A stretch of DNA of 64,000 bases from Phycisphaeraceae bacterium (GTDB lineage: Bacteria > Planctomycetota > Phycisphaerae > Phycisphaerales > Phycisphaeraceae). This document shows, in pieces, positions 59,086 through 64,000 of the stretch. The translations under genes and the position numbers were made by a program. Below the pieces are notes generated by a model that was given only the letters and a program-made list of their open reading frames with translations, ran no database searches and was not told where the DNA came from. Positions within the stretch are counted from its first letter, which is position 1; each line of letters starts with the position of its first letter. Where the stretch lies: NCBI GenBank assembly GCA_963674705.1, contig OY771506.1:3968001-4032000 (forward strand), read 5' to 3'.

Positions 59086-59889
59086 ATGCAGGGAACTGAT
59101 AAGCCTGGTGCGATTGCAGGGCTGCGGGGGCTGGTGATATCGGCACCGTTTGGGAATTACATCCAGCCGGCGGGTGCGACGGCAACGCTGGGGACGTTTA
59201 CGTTGATGCGTCGGCCGGGGCGGATCAAACAGATCCTCAAGACGGTGCGGTATCGGCCGAAACTCAAAGCCTGGGTCAACAAGATCGGGCTGCGCAACCC
59301 GGGGATCGACTGGCTTGCGAACAAGGTCACGGCAGGCAAGATCGATGTCAGCGACAAACTCGTGAGCGTACACGGTTTTGATGCTGAGCAGTGGATGACG
59401 CTGCTGGAGAAGATCCAGGCAATCAAGCCGATGGCGGTCGAACTGAACATGAGTTGTCCAAACGTCGGCGAGATCGACTGGCCGGCGGACTTGTTCGGCC
59501 GCGCGGCTGAGACCGGGATTCCGATTGTCGTGAAGCTGCCGCCGGTCAATTACCAGCAGATGGTGGAACAGGCGGTGGATGCGGGGGTGCGTGTGTATCA
59601 TTGCTGCAACACACTGCCGGTGCCGGAAGGCGGGATGAGCGGCAGGCCATTGCAGCCGGTAGCGCTTGACTGCATCCGAGATCTGCGCGAGCGGTCGTGG
59701 GGCAAAGACCTGACGATCATCGGCGGCGGCGGGATTTACGAAGTTGCCGACATCGATAAATTCATTGAAGCAGGTGCGGATCATGTGGCGCTGGGGACCA
59801 AGACGATGAATCCGCTTTTGCTATTGAGTACGGCAAGCTTACAGCCGTTCGTGAAACGGGCGGAGCAGCACTTGGGGAATCGCCAATGA
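59086..59889 (+). CDS. Short dihydroorotate dehydrogenase-like FMN protein
   Basis: NKIGLRNPG, ELNMSCPN, VKLPP, CNTL, GGMSGRPL and IIGGGGI motifs. Confidence 0.8.
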   Translation: MQGTDKPGAIAGLRGLVISAPFGNYIQPAGATATLGTFTLMRRPGRIKQILKTVRYRPKLKAWVNKIGLRNPGIDWLANKVTAGKIDVSDKLVSVHGFDAEQWMTLLEKIQAIKPMAVELNMSCPNVGEIDWPADLFGRAAETGIPIVVKLPPVNYQQMVEQAVDAGVRVYHCCNTLPVPEGGMSGRPLQPVALDCIRDLRERSWGKDLTIIGGGGIYEVADIDKFIEAGADHVALGTKTMNPLLLLSTASLQPFVKRAEQHLGNRQ

Positions 59890-60335
59890 TCGAGCTGGAC
59901 CCACATCCATCGCACGACCGATACACGTTGCGTCCAGTTGTGGATGATGACTATGATTTTCTCTGGCAGTTGAAGTGCGACACGCTCAAGCGGTACATCG
60001 AGCCGCTTTACGGCTGGGACGCGGAATTGGCACAGCGAATCCTGAAACGTGTCATGCGGGGGGCGCATCTGGTGCTTGTCGATGGTCAGCCTGCCGGTAT
60101 TTTGAAGATCGAGCTTTGCGACGGTTTTGTTTATCTGGCTGAGATCGGTCTGAAACCCGAACTGCAAGGCCAAGGCCTGGGCACGCAGATTATCCGGGAT
60201 GTCACCGAACTGGCGGACAGCCTGGGCTATCCGGTGGAATTACAGGTTTTCGCGGCCAATCCGGCGGCCAAGTTATACCAGCGGCTCGGGTTTGAAGTCA
60301 CCCATCACAAAATGTACAGGCCGAGTTCGGAGTAG
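59886..60335 (+). CDS. GNAT-family acetyltransferase
   Basis: QGQGLGT acetyl-CoA motif and NPAAKLYQRLGF; ATGA overlap. Confidence 0.9.
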   Translation: MIELDPHPSHDRYTLRPVVDDDYDFLWQLKCDTLKRYIEPLYGWDAELAQRILKRVMRGAHLVLVDGQPAGILKIELCDGFVYLAEIGLKPELQGQGLGTQIIRDVTELADSLGYPVELQVFAANPAAKLYQRLGFEVTHHKMYRPSSE

Positions 60336-60559
60336 AGACAGACGGATCAGAAATTGCTCGATGCATACAGGCCTTGGGATCAAACGATCGAAGTGATGGG
60401 ACAAGTCACCTTACGCCGAGTAGGCAACGAAACAACAAATCTACTAAGGATTATTTTGGGTGGGGTAAAGTCGCGTTAAAATTCTGTAAATGCAATTCGG
60501 GTTCGAAGTGATATGCGACAAAATGTATCGTAGTGTTAGTGGAGCAAGGGCTGAATAGG

Positions 60560-61750
60560 ATGACGGACCAACCAACTCAGCAAAACACATTCGTGTCTAT
60601 GCGAGCTCCAATCGTAAAACAATCAAAAACCCGACTGGCTTTGCTGTGCGGGCTGCTGCTTGTGCTCATGCTGCTGATGATGGGCATGTACTACTCAATG
60701 CACCCGCAAGGTCCATTAGAGCGTGTTGAAGAACTGGAAACGGATTACGCCTTGATCCTATTCGGGCGGGATAAGTACCTGGATGAACGGCAGGACTTGT
60801 ATCACATTCACTACTTCGAAGTGCTCGCGTCCGATCACACAAGTGACAAGACCACATACCTGACCAACAAAAGCACGCCTCTGGGTTTATATCCGATGCA
60901 ATTGCTTGCTGGCCGCAGCCAGTTGCGGTTCCTGCTGGATGACCGGTTGATCGCTTTGGACTATCGCACGATGACGGCACAAGAGATTGCCGAGTTCAAA
61001 CACCTGGGCGACGAAGACAGTCATTTTGCGTGTTACCGGTATGTCGGATCGGATCAGACCGGCGACTACTTCACGCGACACCACGAATCCGCTGCAAGAT
61101 TGCAGTGGGGCGAAAGCGAGTTGTATCGGCTCGAAGCCGGACAAGCGGAGCTGAAACCGGTCGGCGCGTTCTATCAATTGTCGTACGATGCCGGGATGAT
61201 GTTCGTGGATGACGGCTCAGATGCGAGCTACCAGATTCATGTTTGGCGGCATGGACAACACCATGTCATCGATATGCCAACGGTGCAACAAAAACCGGAC
61301 ATCAGGCCGTACACATGGATCGATTATGTACCGGACCACGGATGTCTGTTGTCACAATCCTATTATGACAACCCGTATATCAATGACGTTCAGATCCCGC
61401 AGATGGGGATTATAAGCAAAAACACTTTCACATTGACGCAGATCAAAGCCAGGTATGCCCAGTGGACGTTTGACGGTCAGGTCGTCTTCGTCAATGAGTG
61501 GGGCGATCTATGCCTATACAACTCGATGAGTCAGACCGTATCGACGATTGTGCGCCACCCGGGCGTAATTGAAGTCAATGGCCTGGTCGTGCCGGTGCTC
61601 AATCCTGCACGCACGATGCTGGCATACATGTTTCGTCATAACGGCAAGACAAAAATACTTGTCGCGGACCTTGAGCAACGGGAATTCATTGTCATGGCTG
61701 GTGAATCAAACATGTATGACCTGGCGATGCTGCCTTCAAACCTGAATTAG
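60560..61750 (+). CDS. Membrane-anchored hypothetical protein, possibly beta-propeller
   Basis: Single N-terminal TM helix followed by a beta-rich region. Confidence 0.6.
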   Translation: MTDQPTQQNTFVSMRAPIVKQSKTRLALLCGLLLVLMLLMMGMYYSMHPQGPLERVEELETDYALILFGRDKYLDERQDLYHIHYFEVLASDHTSDKTTYLTNKSTPLGLYPMQLLAGRSQLRFLLDDRLIALDYRTMTAQEIAEFKHLGDEDSHFACYRYVGSDQTGDYFTRHHESAARLQWGESELYRLEAGQAELKPVGAFYQLSYDAGMMFVDDGSDASYQIHVWRHGQHHVIDMPTVQQKPDIRPYTWIDYVPDHGCLLSQSYYDNPYINDVQIPQMGIISKNTFTLTQIKARYAQWTFDGQVVFVNEWGDLCLYNSMSQTVSTIVRHPGVIEVNGLVVPVLNPARTMLAYMFRHNGKTKILVADLEQREFIVMAGESNMYDLAMLPSNLN

Positions 61751-61756
61751 AAGGTC

Positions 61757-62872
61757 TCAGCCGGTCATCTTGCGGAAGTAGTCGGCGATTTTGTAGTAGA
61801 CCTGAGGCAGGGGGTCAGTGTGGTTTGTATGCCAGGCGTTGATGCTTGAAGGGGAAAGCCCTACCGGCCTCGCTCGGCCGTGCAGCAAAGCCGTGAAAAG
61901 TTGTCCGAACGCCAGACCGCTGTGCGTACATGGACCGGGTTCGCCAATGACGGGGCCATCCAGCTCCTGGCCCATGGTCATTCGTATCAAGTGATGCGGA
62001 AAGTTAACCCCCGCCCAAAGCGACCAGAGCAGCGAGCCCCAGAACCTGGGGTTGAGTTCGATGACATAAACCTGACGGGTTTGCTCATCGATGCGTAGGT
62101 CCAGATGAGCGACGCCAGTGTAGTTAGCGTATTCGGCGATGGCTTTGGCGATCCGAAAGACTTCGGGGTGTTCAAGAAAGTGGATCGTGCCGGGATTATG
62201 GGTATCGCGTTGCTGGATGGTCCAGGCCAGGAGTTTGCCGTGATCGGCGAGGATGCTGATGTCGATGTCCGGTCCATGGATGAACTTCTGAACCAGCAGT
62301 GGAAGCGCTTCGCCGGGCTCAGCATTTTGAACGTATTGATGTAACTGTTCGGGTGAATCGATTCGGCAGATGCCTTGGCCGTTCTCGCCGTTCGGTGGTT
62401 TGACGATAACGGGATATTCGATACCGATACCATCAATATCATCCATGCTTTCCAACATGTACGACTGCGGAGCAGGCAGATCGTGCTCATTGAGGAATTT
62501 GTAGAAGTTCCACTTGTTGTGCAGCAGATCGATCGTCTGAAGGTCCGGCAACGCGCCGATCCTGGCTTGCGTGATCTGATCCGATATCGCCGAGACAGCA
62601 AGCGTGCATCGCATGTCGGCGGGCAGCACGACTGTGATGCGATTATTCCGGCAGTAGTCGTTGATAAAGTCCGCCAACTCAGGCGTCGGCTCGGTCAGAA
62701 ACCGACGCGACTTGCACACGTGCTTAGTGCAATGGCGTGACAGTCGATCTGCGATGGATAATTGGCAGTCATTGCACAGATGAACTTGATAGCCCGCTTC
62801 CCCCAAACAGGTCATCAGCTGGAAGCCAAAGAGTTCGATGGTGGAGAGTACAAGTACGTTCATGGCTGCCAC
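61757..62872 (-). CDS. ATP-grasp domain protein
   Basis: HNKW, YPVIVKP...NGQGI, LLVQKFI.G, GVAHLDLR.D and VIELNPRFWGS motifs. Confidence 0.88.
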   Translation of the reverse strand: MAAMNVLVLSTIELFGFQLMTCLGEAGYQVHLCNDCQLSIADRLSRHCTKHVCKSRRFLTEPTPELADFINDYCRNNRITVVLPADMRCTLAVSAISDQITQARIGALPDLQTIDLLHNKWNFYKFLNEHDLPAPQSYMLESMDDIDGIGIEYPVIVKPPNGENGQGICRIDSPEQLHQYVQNAEPGEALPLLVQKFIHGPDIDISILADHGKLLAWTIQQRDTHNPGTIHFLEHPEVFRIAKAIAEYANYTGVAHLDLRIDEQTRQVYVIELNPRFWGSLLWSLWAGVNFPHHLIRMTMGQELDGPVIGEPGPCTHSGLAFGQLFTALLHGRARPVGLSPSSINAWHTNHTDPLPQVYYKIADYFRKMTG

Positions 62873-63182
62873 TTATGACGGACAGCGATATGATCGGCGT
62901 AATACTCCCAGCAATGAATGCAACGCTGATTCAACAGTGTGAAAAACGATCCCCGATATTGCTCCAGCGGACTTTGCCGTCCTATAATCGGATACATCCA
63001 AAGCAACAACTAAGCACGATCTGATACGTAATTAACTGTATATATGACACTTAAATTTGCATTTGCGGCGGCATTCACCGCAAGTTAATCCCATTGATTT
63101 TCATTGCTAATTAATTTACTTTAATAGTGAATTTTCACGTCTTTGTTTGGTTCTGACACATCCAACCGTAAGGAGACGTTAC

Positions 63183-64000
63183 ATGAACGACCATGTATTG
63201 ACTCAGGACACAGCGTTCAGGCTGATGCGGTATTCCGCAGCTGCGAGCTTGGGCGCCTTTGCGTTTGGTCAGGCCGCAACAGAAACCATGGCTGAGGTGG
63301 CTTACACCGACCTCGGCGGAATTGTGATTGAGCGTGGCGAGTATGCCGAAGTCGATGTCGATGGCGACGGCTATCTCGACTTCCGTATGGTGAATACCGA
63401 AGCAGGCGGCATCGGCGGCTACGGCACCATGCAGTTCAACACCAGCATTGATGCTGCGTGGTATGGCCCGCCACAAACGGGCATCAATCCGGCTTCGTAT
63501 CTTCAGATCGACATGGAGGCCGATGCCACCCACGGCACCAACGCGTATTACTGTCGTTCGTTTATCGACACGCATGTCGTTGGCCCAAGCAACCCATATT
63601 GCTGGGACGAGACCGGCACCTCAGGCGGCCGGCTTTATGGTTTGCTTTCACAGTACCCCGGTTGGGACCAGAACTCGTTCTGGAATCCCTCGCCCAATCC
63701 AGTATCGTACGGCTACTCCTACAACGAATTCGCAGGGCTGCGCATGGTCGATATCAATGGCGATCAGCGCTGGGGATGGGTGCGGTTCCAGGTCGTCATT
63801 CATGATGCGGCGAACGAGAACAACTTCCCGATCCCGGACGGAAAACTTACACGCCACGACTTCTTCTGGGACACGGATCGCTACATGATCCTCTACGACT
63901 TTGCCTTTGAAACCGAGGTGAATGTAGACATCATCGCCAAGCTACTGGGTGATTTGAACGAAGACGCTTATGTGGGTCTTGATGATCTTGACATCATTCT
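63183..64000 (+). CDS. Secreted protein with dockerin-like repeat, partial (runs off the window; absent from the ORF track)
   Basis: AAGGAG RBS, then MNDHVLTQDTAFRLMRYSAAASLGAFAFG...DVDGDGYLDF... ending LLGDLNEDAYVGLDDLDII in the same frame. Confidence 0.8.
   Translation, partial: MNDHVLTQDTAFRLMRYSAAASLGAFAFGQAATETMAEVAYTDLGGIVIERGEYAEVDVDGDGYLDFRMVNTEAGGIGGYGTMQFNTSIDAAWYGPPQTGINPASYLQIDMEADATHGTNAYYCRSFIDTHVVGPSNPYCWDETGTSGGRLYGLLSQYPGWDQNSFWNPSPNPVSYGYSYNEFAGLRMVDINGDQRWGWVRFQVVIHDAANENNFPIPDGKLTRHDFFWDTDRYMILYDFAFETEVNVDIIAKLLGDLNEDAYVGLDDLDII

Noticed and set aside
63448..63888. ORF-track calls at 63135-63888
   Set aside because: The real gene is the open-ended frame starting at 63183, which the track omitted because it has no stop within the window.

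Overview
A GC-rich bacterial chromosome segment. It is most likely from Planctomycetota (Phycisphaerae-like), inferred from PEP-CTERM plus dockerin-like secreted proteins, sulfatases, a very long FliD, a short PheT and split CoaC. Most of the window is housekeeping: trpS, trpF, a pcrA/uvrD helicase, cysE, korAB, crcB, system II cytochrome c biogenesis, mpg, an S1-domain protein, pgsA, cysS, ybeY, dapL, rpoZ, pheT, a DEAD-box helicase and fliD/fliS. There is a small accessory sulfated-glycan/surface-protein region at about 2.4-9 kb that includes a sulfatase pseudogene. A 6S RNA gene at about 26.55-26.75 kb (minus strand) is not visible in the ORF track. The most notable non-gene structure is at least six families of short intergenic palindromic or periodic inverted-repeat elements. 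Some are nested inside one another, and some supply start codons, stop codons or in-frame peptide to neighbouring genes. By eye, the + strand switches from C-rich to G-rich at roughly 33-37 kb, and two asymmetric repeat families flip orientation across that zone, which hints at a dnaA-unlinked replication origin. No CRISPR array, transposase, integrase, rRNA or tRNA was recognised. All calls come from reading motifs by eye; no database searches were run.
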